Origin: Hypanus sabinus
Taxonomy: Eukaryota
Direction: 5' to 3'
Length of the DNA stretch: 34,957 bases
Assembly (NCBI RefSeq): GCF_030144855.1
Contig: NW_026780449.1
Location: forward strand, 1-34,957
Of this stretch, positions 22,309 to 34,092 are shown one piece after another. Positions within the stretch are counted from its first letter, which is position 1. Every line of letters starts with the position of its first letter. The translations under genes and the position numbers were made by a program. Under the pieces are notes generated by a model, which did not search any database, was not told the origin of the DNA, and worked only from the letters and a program-made list of their open reading frames with translations.

Positions 22309-22371
22309 TGTGAAATTATATATCGTTGTTAAGCCACGCCCCTTCCCCGATATAACCAATCCGACGGTCAA
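22309..22371 (-). promoter_or_regulatory. Putative V3 promoter
   Basis: TATA-like, GC box and CCAAT are kept. The GATA site has changed to TGTTAA and about 10 nt next to CCAAT are deleted relative to V1, V2 and V4. Confidence 0.5.
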
Positions 22372-22437
22372 TGTAATTCGGTCCGAGGCACTATATCTAC
22401 ACTATTGAATTTCATGTTAACAGCCGTAGTGATAGCG

Positions 22438-22478
22438 CTCCCTCTCCCTCTCTCTCCCTCTCTCTCTCTCCATTTCTC
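22438..22478. repeat. Short CT microsatellite upstream of V3 (copy at ~32585-32622 upstream of V5)
   Basis: CTCCCTCTCCCTCTCTCTCCCTCTCTCTCTCTC, gap-free here. Confidence 0.93.
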
Positions 22479-22964
22479 GTGTGGTATAAAACGAGGCTCT
22501 GCAGTTCACTGAAGAGCAATTGTTTTCCTACAACCGTCTGGCTCCGGAACCAGGCGGATGTCTTCACTCGCCTCCACCGTAACCTCGAAGCTGCGCGGGT
22601 GGGCGGCCGGGCAGTAATTGAAATGCCCCCGGCGCACATCGCATTCGTCGGCGCGCAGCTGGAAATTTAATTGTTCAGAATGTCTCGTTAAAGCGCCGCG
22701 CGGTTTTCCGGGCCGTGTTATACAAATCCTGTTCGGAGCAATGGCTGGTCTACGCAGCTGACATAAAATGAAGGGACCGTTTCGCACCTCAACACTAAAT
22801 TGACTCCACGACCATTGGGCTCACTTTCAAGGACTCTACCAATCACATTCTTAGGATGATTTATTCATCTCTGTTATTTACATGATTCATCTTCGCTTGT
22901 ACGATGGTTGCCTTCAGTCTTTGGTTGTGTGTGGTGTTGCATTAATTTTATTGTATTTCTAATT

Positions 22965-23940
22965 GTCCTGTAGATTAATGATTCAGTAGAATGGATTAAA
23001 ACTAACTTTAGGAAATTTGCAGATGGCACGTGGCTGGGTGGCAGTGTGAAATATGAGGAGGATGTTGGGAGAATGCAGGGTGATTTGGACAGGTTGGGTG
23101 GGTGGGCAGATGCATGGCAGATGCAGTTTAATGTGGATAAATGTGCGGTTATCCACTTTGGTGGCAAAAGATGAAGGCAGATTCCTATCTGAATGGTGTC
23201 AAGTTTGGAAAAGACGATGCACAACAAGATCTAGGTGTTCTTGTTCATCAGTCACTGAAAGTAAACATGCAGGTAGAGCCGGCAGTGAAGAAATCTAATG
23301 GCATGTTGGCCTTCATTACAAGGGGAGTTGAGTACAGGAGCAAAGAGGTTCTTCTGCAGTTGTACAGGGCCCTGGTGAGACCACACCCGGACTATTGTGT
23401 TCAGCTTTGGTCTCCAAATTAGAGGAAGGATCATTCTTGCTATTGACGGAGTGCAGCGTAGGTTCACAAGGTTGATTCCCGCCATCCCGGGAAAGATTGG
23501 AGCGACTGGGCATGTAAACATTGGAATTTAGAAGGAGGAGCGGAGACCTGATTGAAACATATAAGATGATTAAGGGATTGGACACGCTGGAGGCAGTAAA
23601 CATGTTCCCGATGTTGGGGGAGTCCAGAATCAGAGGCCTCAGTTTAAGAATAAGGGGTAGGCCGTTTAGAACGAAGTTGCGGAAAAACTTCTTTTCACCC
23701 AGAGAGTTGTGGATCTGTGGAACGCACTGTCTCAGAAGGCAGTGGAGGCCAATTCTCTGGATGAATTCAAGAAAGAGTTAGATACAACTCTTATAGATAG
23801 CGGAGTCAAGGGATACAGGGAGAGGGCAGGATCATTGGCACTGATTGTGGATGAGCAGCAATGATCACATTGAATGGCGGTGCTGGCTCGAAGGACAGAA
23901 TGGCCTGCTCCTGAGTCTATTGTCTAATGTCTATTGTCTT
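22965..23940 (+). mobile_element. CR1 3' fragment (unit 4)
   Basis: Homologous to 195-1155. Confidence 0.92.
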
Positions 23941-24671
23941 GTCAACTGCTCTGTAATGTCCCAACACCTGAATTCCGTGATGTGACTGATGGAGGCCAGC
24001 TTGTCAAACGGCTGCTTCAGCGCTGGAATCGATTCCAATGGGGTCTTTTAAAGCCTCTTCTAGAGATACACGGAGCTTTGCAACATAGAGGGCTATGCGC
24101 TAGGGAAACTCTAAGCCGTTCCTGGACCAGGTTGAATGGTCGGTACAACTTTATGTTGCAGATTCCTATGGTCTGTGTTTTATTTTCCAGGTGTAACTGC
24201 TTTTCTCGGACACTGTGTGCGCTGACTACCTACATCAGTGCCCCTCAGGATTGCCTGCTCGACTCTCAGGAATACTGGGTTTGCACTGGTCAAACGCCAC
24301 CCAGGGTACGGTCTCCTCCCGTTACTACAATGGAGTGCTGGCACTAACCTGCTTGGTCACCCTCTCAACACCTGTTACCGCCGTCCAGCAACCCAGGATC
24401 CGGCTCAATTCTTGCATTCTCTGCCCATTTAGTTCATCTCCCCAAGGCCCAGCATCTCACGCTTATCCCTCTGAAACTCTGCAATTTCCGCGCAACCATT
24501 CCAGAAAATGGCATAAAGACTCCGCAGGTGGGGCGGCATCTGCGGGAAGCGGCCCGGTCAATGCTCTCGGACTGCGTTATTCCAGCAGGAGGCCGAGATG
24601 AGTGATTATATCATTCACCTCCCAGACATCGCAACGTCTACGGCAAAAGACAACGTTTCCGCAACGGCGAC

Positions 24672-25580
24672 ATTACATAAGAACATAAATACATAGGAAA
24701 TTGGAAAACGGGTAGGCCATCTGGCCCATCGAACCAGCCCCGCCATTCAATAAGATTATGGCTGATCTGTCCGTAAACTCAGCTCCATTTCCCCAGAACC
24801 CTTAATCCTCCTACTATGTGAAAACCTATCTTACTGTGTCTTAAATATGTTTAGTGAAGAACCATCAACTGCTTTCCTGGGCAGGGAATTCCGCAGATTC
24901 ACCACTCTAGCGGAAAAACATTTTCTCCACATCTCCATCCTAAATCTTCTGCCCTGAACTTACGGGGAGTGGACAAGAGAATTCTCCTGAAACGTTTACT
25001 AAATCGGCCATTATGGAATGGCGGAACATGCCAAGTCTCAGCCTTACAAAACGTGTCGCCTGTGGACAAGCCAGTTGTGGATCCACAAAGCAATGTCCCC
25101 TTGGATCCCATGCCTACTTACCTTGTCAAAAAGCCTTGCATGGGGTACCTTAGCAAATATCTTGCTGAAATCCATATACACTACATCCACTGCTCTTCCT
25201 GCATCAATGTGTTTAGTCATATCCTGATAAATTCATTGAGGCTCGTAAAGCACGACCTGCCCTTTAGAAAGCCATGGTGACCACTCCTAAACACATTATA
25301 CCTTCTACTCATACTGTACATCTACACATGTTCATAAATCCTGTCTCTCAGTATCTTCTCCATCAACTTACCAACCATTGAGATAAGACTCACTGGTCTA
25401 TACTTTTCTGGGCTATACCTACTCTCTTTCTTGAATAAAGGTACAACATTCACAACACTCCAGTCCTCGGGATCCTCTGCCGTCCACATTGATGATGCCA
25501 AGATCATCGCCAGATGCTGGGCACTCTCCACCCCTGCCTCCCACAGAAGCCTGGGGTACATTGCATCCGTTCCCGTCGAT
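24672..25580 (-). mobile_element. CR1 ORF2 fragment (unit 4, truncated)
   Basis: Homologous to 1900-2805. Confidence 0.9.
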
Positions 25581-26636
25581 CCGTTTACTTTCTATACCAT
25601 AATCCGGTTAACGTGGTTATATTTTCTTGTTTCTCAGTTCTACCCATGATGAATCACCGGCCGATCTACCCAGTCTGCAATGATTGAGCAGTGCCGAGAC
25701 ATTTTCCAAAACTGGAAATGCCAGACATCCCACCACCACTTCATCCTCTCGCTCTTTCCCGGCGACAAAAGCGAAACCCCGGATCACAGCTGCCAGCCCT
25801 ACCCATTCTTCAACCAATGACTCCTGAAGGGTGAAGTCCGTCCCCGGGTGCTGCCTGAACAGCGGTGTTAACCAATCAGAATCGGTGACGTAGTTAGTGC
25901 AGCACCCTCAGCCGCGTCATAACGTTTGACACGTTATCATAACGCCAGAGATTCTGCACATGCTGGGAATCCAAAGGAACGCATTCGCAATGCTGGGGGA
26001 GATCAGCACGCCTGGCAGCATCCATGGAAATGACCGCCACGGGCCGTGACGCTTCCCCGGGACCGGGAAGGAAATTAGAAGAAGCCAAAAGTAAAAGATA
26101 AGGGGAGGAGGAAGAGGTTTGACAAGAAATGAATCGGTAGGTGCCAGGTGGTTGAGAAATGTCAGGGACAGGTGATGAAGGAATCTGATATGGGAGGTGA
26201 GTGAACGAAGGGGGAAAGGAAAGGAGGACCGTCACTTGGGGTAGAGGGTGATAGCCAGGTGAGAAGAGGTAAGAGATCACAGTGGGGAATGGAAGAAGAG
26301 GGGAGCTTGAGAGATTTTTTTCAAACGGAAGGAGAAATTGATACTCACGTTATCAGGGTCGATTTGCCCAGATGGAATATAAAGTGCTACTGCCCACCCT
26401 CTAACATCGCGGTCTAATCTGGTGTCACTTACTTCGTAATCTATCTCTGTCTCTATCCGAGACACGGGCATGTGCGGAGATGGTGAAGGAATCGGTGATG
26501 GCAATCGTTATTCGCTTTAATTCGGCTTGGTATTTGTCGAGGATATCGTGGACGGAACGCCTGTTGTTCTGCTTGCTACCAGCAGGAGGTCGCTGTTTGG
26601 AGAGAAAAGGAAAGGATTGTTTTTCCCCAGTTGGTG

Positions 26637-27350
26637 TCTTTCAATAAAATAAGAACTTCTTTTTTTCTGAAGGAAAATCTTGCGTGACTAAGAGTCCTTC
26701 GAGGAAGTAACAAACCGGGTGGACAAAGGAAAGACGGTGGATGTCATTTACTTGGATTTTCACACTGGATTTGATAAGGCGCCACAAATGAGGCCGCTAA
26801 ACATGATAAAATCCGATGGCGTTACAGGTCAGATACTGGCCTGGAGGGAGGAATGGCTGACAGGCAGGAGGTAGCGAGTGGGAAGAAAAGCGGCCTTTCC
26901 TGGTTGGTTGCCGGTGATTAGTGATGTCCGTCAGGGGTCAGTGTTGGGACCGCTACTTTTCACAAAGTTTGTCAATTACTTGGACAATTGAATTGATGAC
27001 TTTGTATCGAAGTGCGAAGATGATACGAAGATAGGCTGAGGGGCAGGTAGTGCTGAGGTGGCAATGCGATTACAGCAGGATTTAGACAAACTGGAAGAAT
27101 GGCCAGAAAACTGGCTGGTGGAATACAGCGTTTGGAAATGTATGATAATGCATTTTTGTAAAAGGAACAACAGTGCAGGACTATTATCTAAATGGGGAGA
27201 AGGTTCAAAATATCAGAGCTGCAGAGTGACTCTGGAGTCCTCAAGCAGGACTCCCAGAAGGTTAATTTACAGGTGGGGTCTGTGGTAAAGAAGGCAAAAG
27301 GCAACGTCATTTATTTCAAGGGGAATACAATATAAAAGCAACGGATAATG
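26637..27350 (+). mobile_element. CR1 RT core fragment (unit 4, longest version)
   Basis: Homologous to 6190-6815 but continues through decayed DLGVL.QDSQKVNLQV..VVKKA...FISRGIQYKS-like sequence missing from the other units. Confidence 0.88.
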
Positions 27351-27362
27351 CCGGGGCTTGAA

Positions 27363-27942
27363 ATGCCCGGTATTCAGGCCGAACGTGGGGTATTAGCGGG
27401 GATAACGGCCTGGTTTGGTTTGCAAGTAGATTTGTGAAACATCTCACTCCGCTCTCGCTTCGATTTGTTCCGATGTTATGATCTCCCCAAAGCGTTCTCC
27501 CTATGATCCGGCACACAAGGGAACTCTCACCGTCAGGGCTTCGTTTCAGCGGCGCTTCTGTCCTTCTGCTGCGTCCCGTCCACATGTTTTACTCTCTTGG
27601 GCGCCTGTCACCCGCTTCCCTCTCTCTTCCCGCTCTTTGTCTACAGGAGGGAGTTCAGTGACCGCCCGCCAGAATCCAGCCCCATCCGCCGGGCTTCCCG
27701 GCGCGGGAATGGCGTCGCCGTGTACGGCGGAAGGGGGGAGTCGCACTGATTGTACGTGACGGTGAAGACAGCACCCGGGGAAGGGACCGCAGATCCTGAT
27801 TTACTCGAACGTCGTCAAGAGTCTAGGTCAGAAGGAGACGGCCGACGCAGTAACCGCAAGGGGGCAGCACAGCCAGTTCAACTTGACATTCAATGATCTG
27901 ACTACCAATCACACCGCACGTTATTCATGGGCGGGGCGTTTA
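27363..27942 (+). pseudogene. TRBV: Inverted, old TRBV pseudogene of the same family (decayed leader ~27363-27420, V exon 27647-27942)
   Basis: Acceptor CTCTTTGTCTACAG| is followed by exactly 296 nt reading GSSVTARQNPAPSAGLPGAGMASPCTAEGGSRTDCT*R*RQHPGKGPQILIYSNVVKSLGQKETADAVTARGQHSQFNLTFNDLTTNHTARYSWAGRL. It is colinear with V1-V3 without indels, has two TGA stops, Trp->Arg, second Cys->Trp, and no recognisable RSS. The upstream ...GITAWFG (GCCTGGTTTGGT) matches the leader end WIVSWFG, with a broken donor. Confidence 0.88.
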
Positions 27943-28731
27943 CAGCGTTTAACGTGCCGGACGATGATAGGCGAAATTCGGAAACTCCCGGAACCTCAAT
28001 AAAAATAGGGTGCGACTGAGAACTAGCGGGCAGGGGCTCGGTCAACTGAGAGGAAGAGTGGAGAAATAGAGACTGTCACAAAAACTGTATTGGTCAGGAC
28101 GGAGACGATGTTCGTCCGCGAAAGAGCCGACGATGGAAGAGAATGTTAGGCGACCTTGTCTCTCCGCACAAAGTCACCGCCACGATAATCTAGGCCTTTC
28201 CTCTTTCGGCAGTTTGCCGCCTAAGTGGCCTTAAAATTGGTAACATCCCCGGACTTCGGGAGCGGGGAGACTGAGGATGGAGTTCAATCCGGTGACGCGA
28301 GGGCGTTGCGCGTCACGAGAACGCATTCTGTACAGATAACATTCTGTACAGATAACAGTATTTGTTCTCAGCGGTGGCTGATTGCTGATTATCGGCTGAG
28401 CGGGGCGCTTTCGATCTTCAGAAGAACGGTGTGGGTGGGGGGCAGGTTCGTGGGTGGGTCGCAGGTCCCAATGTCAGGGGGAAGTACGGCAGAACACCGG
28501 ACTCTGCAAGCCTCATCGGTCCGTGCCGGCCGAATCGTGTTCATTCTTACTTGAGCGAAGTTCCGCTATTATCCTCTGGTTAAAAGCACATTAAACGCTG
28601 TGAACCAGGCTAACCTCGCTGTGACAGGAAGACCCGCCCCATCATTTGATTGACAGTATCGTCACGATTCTCAGTGCGGAGGCCGCCTGCCCTGTTTTTA
28701 TTGACAGCCCCGCCCCTCTGGCAACGTTGGA

Positions 28732-28770
28732 GGTTTTTGTTCGGCTTCACCATCTGTTCGGGCGGCTGTG
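28732..28770 (-). other. 23-RSS of V4
   Basis: Intact CACAGCC-23 nt-ACAAAAACC. Confidence 0.96.
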
Positions 28771-29338
28771 TAGACTCCAGGCGCAGAAATAACGAGCCGA
28801 GTGATTCACAGTCAAATTTTAGAAATCAGGTTGAACTGTTGTTCTTCCTCTGGGCCGTTAACCCCGTCCGCTGTTTCCTTCGGTTCCAGACGCGCGTTGC
28901 TTATCGAGTAGATCAGGAGCTGAGGGCCACTCCCCGGTTACTGTCTGTACCAGTACATGTAATCAGTATTACCCCCTCCATCCGCCGTGCACTGTAACTC
29001 CATTCCGCTGCCGGGCATGGCGGAGAGTGCGGGTGGAGTCTGCCTGACGGTCACCGAGTTCCCACCTGTGGACAGAGAGCGGAAAACCGGTGAGGAATAA
29101 GAGACGTGTTGACCGAGTGGGGAGCCGGCGACTGGCGGAAAGAGACGAACATGTAACGAGGCAGGGAGACTGTCAGGTATTGGCTGGGTGGGGGAGCCTG
29201 GGAAGAGAAATAATCGAGAATAGAGTATCTGATGAATGAGGAAGCGAGAGAGGGGAGAAATTAGATAGTGAACGAAATGAACTAACAGCCAAACCAGGAC
29301 ACGATCCACAGAAACAGAAACATCCTCTTAAGGTTCAT
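28771..29338 (-). pseudogene. TRBV: TCR beta V gene segment V4, disrupted as assembled (leader 29338-29287, V exon 29065-28771)
   Basis: Leader MNLKRMFLFLWIVSWFG is intact. The V exon has TAC->TAA after WYRQ (28940-28938) and three single-base indels in short runs (net 295 nt). CDR2 region reads SISNARLE. Confidence 0.85.
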
Positions 29339-29411
29339 TCTCTCCATATTGACGGGGGACGAGGAGTTAAAGGGGAGGCAGAATGAGGCAGATTCGCTCT
29401 TTTCCGCTGGT

Positions 29412-29487
29412 TGTGACATTATATATCGGAGATAAGCCACGCCTCTTCTCCTGAATTTTAACCAATCAGAATCAATGTGACAGTCAA
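29412..29487 (-). promoter_or_regulatory. Putative V4 promoter
   Basis: TATA-like, AGATAA, GCCACGCCTC and AACCAATCAG at homologous positions. Confidence 0.5.
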
Positions 29488-29533
29488 TGTAATTCGGTCC
29501 GAGGCACCATAACGTATGCCGTTCCATTCAATG

Positions 29534-29727
29534 NNNNNNNNNNNNNNNNNNNNNNNNNNNNNNNNNNNNNNNNNNNNNNNNNNNNNNNNNNNNNNNNNNN
29601 NNNNNNNNNNNNNNNNNNNNNNNNNNNNNNNNNNNNNNNNNNNNNNNNNNNNNNNNNNNNNNNNNNNNNNNNNNNNNNNNNNNNNNNNNNNNNNNNNNNN
29701 NNNNNNNNNNNNNNNNNNNNNNNNNNN
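29534..29727. other. Assembly gap (N)
   Basis: Run of n. Confidence 1.
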
Positions 29728-29919
29728 GTCGCTCTCTCTCCCCTCTCTTCTCTCCCTCTCCAGCTCTCTCTCTCCGTCTGTCTTCCACTGGCTCTCTGGT
29801 TATCAATCTTTCTCTCAGTTTAGCTCCCTTTCTCTCTCTCCTTCGCACTTCTTTGTCTCTCTTTCTCTCTCTCATTATCTCTGTCTCCTTTTCTCTTCCT
29901 CTGTCTCTCACACCCCCAT
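29728..29919. repeat. CT-rich low-complexity tract between two gaps upstream of V4
   Basis: Pyrimidine-rich degenerate (CT)n. Confidence 0.9.
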
Positions 29920-30113
29920 NNNNNNNNNNNNNNNNNNNNNNNNNNNNNNNNNNNNNNNNNNNNNNNNNNNNNNNNNNNNNNNNNNNNNNNNNNNNNNNNN
30001 NNNNNNNNNNNNNNNNNNNNNNNNNNNNNNNNNNNNNNNNNNNNNNNNNNNNNNNNNNNNNNNNNNNNNNNNNNNNNNNNNNNNNNNNNNNNNNNNNNNN
30101 NNNNNNNNNNNNN
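29920..30113. other. Assembly gap (N)
   Basis: Run of n. Confidence 1.
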
Positions 30114-30559
30114 TGTAACACGGGGCTCTGTCGCTCAAAGAAGAACAGTTGTTTTCCTACAACCGTCTGACTCCGGAACCAGCGCGATGTCTTCACTCGC
30201 CTCCACCGTAACCTCCAAGCTGCGCGGGTGTGGGGCCAGGCAGTAACTGAAATGCCCCCGCGGCGCATATCGCCTTTGCCGGCCGCGCAGCTGGAATGTA
30301 TTTTTTTGAGAATGACTTGTAAAAGCGCCACAAATCCTTTTCGGAGCAATGGCTGGTCCACGCAGCTGACATAAAATGAAGGGACCGTTTCTCACCTCAA
30401 CCATAAATTAACTCCACAACCAATGGAATTACTTTCAAGGATTCCACCAATCAAGTTCTTAGTATGATTTATTCGTCTCTGTTATTTGCATGATTCATTT
30501 TCGTTTCCCACGTCGGTTGCCTCAGTCTTTGTTTATGTATGGTGCTCCATAAATTCTAT

Positions 30560-31540
30560 TGTATTTCTTTTCATCTATACATTAAACGATGAAACGATTA
30601 AAAGTAACATTAGAAAATTTGCAGATGACACAAAGCTGGGTCGCAGAGTGAAATATGAGGAGGATATTAGGAGAATGGAGGGTGACTTGGACAGGTTGGG
30701 TGAGTGGGCAGGATGCATGGCAGATGCAGTTTAATGTGGATAAATGTGAGAGTATCCACTTTGGTGGCAAGAACTGAAAGGCAGATTACTATCTGGATGG
30801 TGTCAAGTTAGGAAAAGGGGAAGTACAACGAGATCTAGGTGTCCTTGCTCATCAGTCACTGAAAAGTTAGCATGCAGGAACAGCAGCAGTGAAGAAAGCT
30901 AATGGCATGCTGGCCTTCGTAACAAGGGGAGTTGATTCAAGGAGCAAAGAGGTCCTTCTGCAGCTGTACAGGGCCATAGTGAGACCAAACCTGGAGTATT
31001 GTGTTCAGTGGACAAAGGAAAGACAGCGGATGTCATTCACTTGGATTTTCAGAATGGATTTGATAAGGCGCCACAAATGAGGCCGCTAAACATGATAAAA
31101 TCCGATGGCGTTACAGGTCAGATACTGGCCTGGAGGGAGGAATAGCTGACAAGGCAGGAGGTAAGCGAGTTGGAATAAAAGGGCCTTTTCTGGTTGGTTG
31201 GTGGTGATTAGTGATGTCCATCAGGGGGTCAGAGTTGGGACCGCCTACTTTTCACAATGTTTGTCAATTATTTGGATAATTGAATTGATGACTTTGGTCT
31301 CGAAGAGTGAAGATGATCCGAAAATAAGCTAAGGGGCAGGTAGTGCTGAGGAGACAATTCGTTTACAGCAGGATTTAGACAACTTGGAAGAATGGCCAGG
31401 AAATTGGCATATGGAGTAAGCGTTGGGAAATGTATGATAATGCATTTTGGTAAAAAGGATAATAGTGAGGACTATTATCTAAACGGGGAGAATGTTCAAT
31501 ACGTCAGAGCTGCAGACTGTGTTAAATAAGGCAAAAGCAA
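30560..31540 (+). mobile_element. Fused CR1 fragments (unit 5; junction ~31008)
   Basis: The left part has intact KFADDTKLG and KKANGMLAFVTRG...RPNLEYCVQ; after TGTTCAG|TGGACAAAGG it switches to the 6270-type RT core. Confidence 0.88.
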
Positions 31541-31776
31541 GGTCCGTGCCGCTGTATCGTGTTCATTCCTATTGGAGCGAAGTGCGCCTATTATCCTCCG
31601 GTCCAAAAGCACATTAAATGCTGTAAACCAGGCTAACCAGAGGGGGGCGCCATCCCCGCCCGTGATCGGAAGAACCGCCCCATCATTTGATTGACATCCT
31701 CTGTCGTCACGCTTCTCAATGCGGAGGCTGCCTGCCCTGTTTTTATTGACAGCCCCGCCCCTTTGGCAACGTTGGA

Positions 31777-31815
31777 GGTTTTTGTTCGGCCTCACCATCT
31801 GTTCGGGCGGCTGTG
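31777..31815 (-). other. 23-RSS of V5
   Basis: Intact CACAGCC-23 nt-ACAAAAACC. Confidence 0.96.
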
Positions 31816-32370
31816 TAGACTCCAGGCGCAGAAATAACGAGCCGAGTGATCGGCAGTCAAAGTTTTAGAAATCAGGTTGAACTGGTTGCTCACTTCCTCT
31901 GGGCCGTTAACCCCGTCCGCTGTTTCCTTTGGTTCAGCATGCCCGTTGCCTATCGAGTAGATCAGGTTCTGAGGGCCACTCCCCGGGTACTGTCTGTACA
32001 GTACAATGTAATCAGTATTACCCCTCCTTCCGCCGTGCACTGTAACTCCATTCCGCTGCCGGGCATGGCGGAGAGTGCGGGTGGAGTCTGCCTGACGGTC
32101 ACCGAGTTCCCACCTGTGGACAGAGAGCGGAAAACGGTGAGGAATAAGAGACGTGTTGACCGAGTGGGGAGCCGCGACCTGGCGGAAAGAGACGAACATG
32201 TAACGAGGCAGTGAGACTGTCAGTTATCGGCTGGGTGGGGGAACCTGGGAAGAGAAATAATCGAGAATAGAGTATCTGATGAATGAGGAAGCGAGAGAGG
32301 GGAGAAATTAGATAGTGAACGAAATGAACTAACAGCCAAACCAGGACACGATCCACAGAAACAGAAACAT
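31816..32370 (-). pseudogene. TRBV: TCR beta V gene segment V5, frameshifted as assembled and nearly identical to V3 (leader 32370-32334, V exon 32113-31816)
   Basis: Same CDR1 and CDR2 as V3 (NTDY, SIGNGHAE), but about six inserted or deleted bases (net 298 nt). The upstream leader ATG is also shifted out of frame. The indels may be sequencing error. Confidence 0.8.
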
Positions 32371-32456
32371 CTTTTCCCGTTCATTCTCTCCATGTTGACG
32401 GGAAGAGGTGGTAAAGGGGAGGCAGGATGAGGCAGTTTCGCACTTTACCCGTGGGA

Positions 32457-32521
32457 TGTGAAATTATATATCGTTGTTAAGCCACGCCCCTTCCCCGATA
32501 TAACCAATTCCGACGGTCAAT
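32457..32521 (-). promoter_or_regulatory. Putative V5 promoter (V3-type)
   Basis: Shares the V3 GATA loss and the short deletion next to CCAAT. Confidence 0.5.
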
Positions 32522-33114
32522 GTAATTCGTCCGAGGCACTATATCTACACTATTGAATTTCATGTAACAGCCGTAGTGATAGCGCTCCCTCTCCCTCTCT
32601 CTCCCTCTCTCTCTCTCCATTTCTCGTGTGGTATAAAACGAGGCTCTGCAGTTCACTGAAGAGCAATTGTTTTCCTACAACCGTCTGGCTCCCGGAACCA
32701 GGCGGATGTCTTCACTCGCCTCCACCGTAACCTCGAAGCTGCGCGGGTGGGCGGCCGGGCAGTAACTGAAATGCCCCCGGCGCACATCGCCTTTGCCGGC
32801 GCGCAGCTGGAAATTTAATTGTTCAGAATGTCTCGTTAAAGCGCCGCGCGGGTTTTCCGGGCCGTGTTATACAAATCCTGTTCGGAGCAATGGCTGGTCT
32901 AACGCAGCTGACATAAAATGAAGGGAACCGTTTCGCACCTCAACACTAAATTGACTCCACGACCATTGGGCTCACTTTCAAGAACTCACCAATCAGATTC
33001 TTAGGATGATTTATTCATCTCTGTTATTTACATGATTCATCTTCGCTTGTACGATGGTTGCCTTCAGTCTTTGGTTGTGTGTGTGTTGCATTAATTTTTA
33101 TTGTATTTCTAATT

Positions 33115-34092
33115 GTCCTGTAGATTAATGATTCAGTAGAAGGATTTAAAACTAACTTTAGCAAATTTGCAGATGGCACGTGGCTGGGTGGCAGTGTGAA
33201 ATATGAGGAGGATGTTGGGAGAATGCAGGGTGATTTGGACAGGTTGGGTGGGTGGGCAGATGCATGGCAGAATGCAGTTTAATGTGGATAAATGTGCGGT
33301 TATCCACTTTGGTGGCAAAAGATGAAGGCAGCTTCCTATCTGAATGGTGTCAAGTTTGGAAAAGACGATGCACAACAAGATCTAGGTGTTCTTGTTCATC
33401 AGTCACTGAAAGTAAACATGCAGGTAGAGCCGGCAGTGAAGAAATCTAATGGCATGTTGGCCTTCATTACAAGGGGAGTTGAGTACAGGAGCAAAGAGGT
33501 TCTTCTGCAGTTGTACAGGGCCCCGGTGAGGACCACACCCGGACTATTGTGTTCAGCTTTGGTCTCCAAATTAGAGGAAGGATCATTCTTGCTATTGACG
33601 GAGTGCAGCGTAGGTTCACAAGGTTGATTCCCGCCATCCCGGAAAGATTGGAGCGACTGGGCATGTAAACATTGGAATTTAGAAGGAGGAGCGGAGACCT
33701 GATTGAAACATATAAGATGATTAAGGGATTGGACACTGCTGGAGGCAGTAAACATGTTCCCGATGTTGGGGGAGTCCAGAATCAGAGGCCTCAGTTTAAG
33801 AATAAGGGGTAGGCCGTTTAGACGAAGTTGCGGAAAAACTTCTTTTCACCCAAGAGTTGTGGATCTGTGGAACGCACTGTCTCAGAAGGCAGTGGAGGCC
33901 AATTCTCTGGATGAATCAAGAAAGAGTTAGATGACAACTTTATAGATAGCGGAGTCAAGGGATACAGGGAGAGGGCAGGATCATTGGCACTGATTGTGGA
34001 TGAGCAGCAATGATCACATTGAATGGCGGTGCTGGCTCGAAGGACAGAATGGCCTGCTCCTGAGTCTATTGTCTAATGTCTATTGTCTTGTC
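33115..34092 (+). mobile_element. CR1 3' fragment (unit 6)
   Basis: Homologous to 22965-23940, with scattered indels. Confidence 0.92.

Larger units (their letters stand above)
14742..22771. repeat. Tandem duplication unit 3 (8.0 kb)
   Basis: Colinear with unit 1, with a ~220-nt deletion at ~16909. Confidence 0.95.
22772..30379. repeat. Tandem duplication unit 4 (7.6 kb including gaps)
   Basis: Deletions at ~25580 and ~26637, plus an extra ~1.2 kb (27307-28517) absent from the other units. Confidence 0.93.
30380..32921. repeat. Tandem duplication unit 5 (2.5 kb, short)
   Basis: A single junction at ~31008 joins the first CR1 to the pre-V CR1, removing about 5.6 kb relative to unit 1. Confidence 0.92.

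Noticed and set aside
28078-28086. ACAAAAACT as the RSS nonamer of the inverted pseudogene
   Set aside because: It is about 135 nt from the coding end, with no heptamer 12 or 23 nt upstream.
29516-30361. Long ORFs spanning N gaps (also 7740-8421 and 14061-14552)
   Set aside because: They are artefacts of translating N runs and CT microsatellite.
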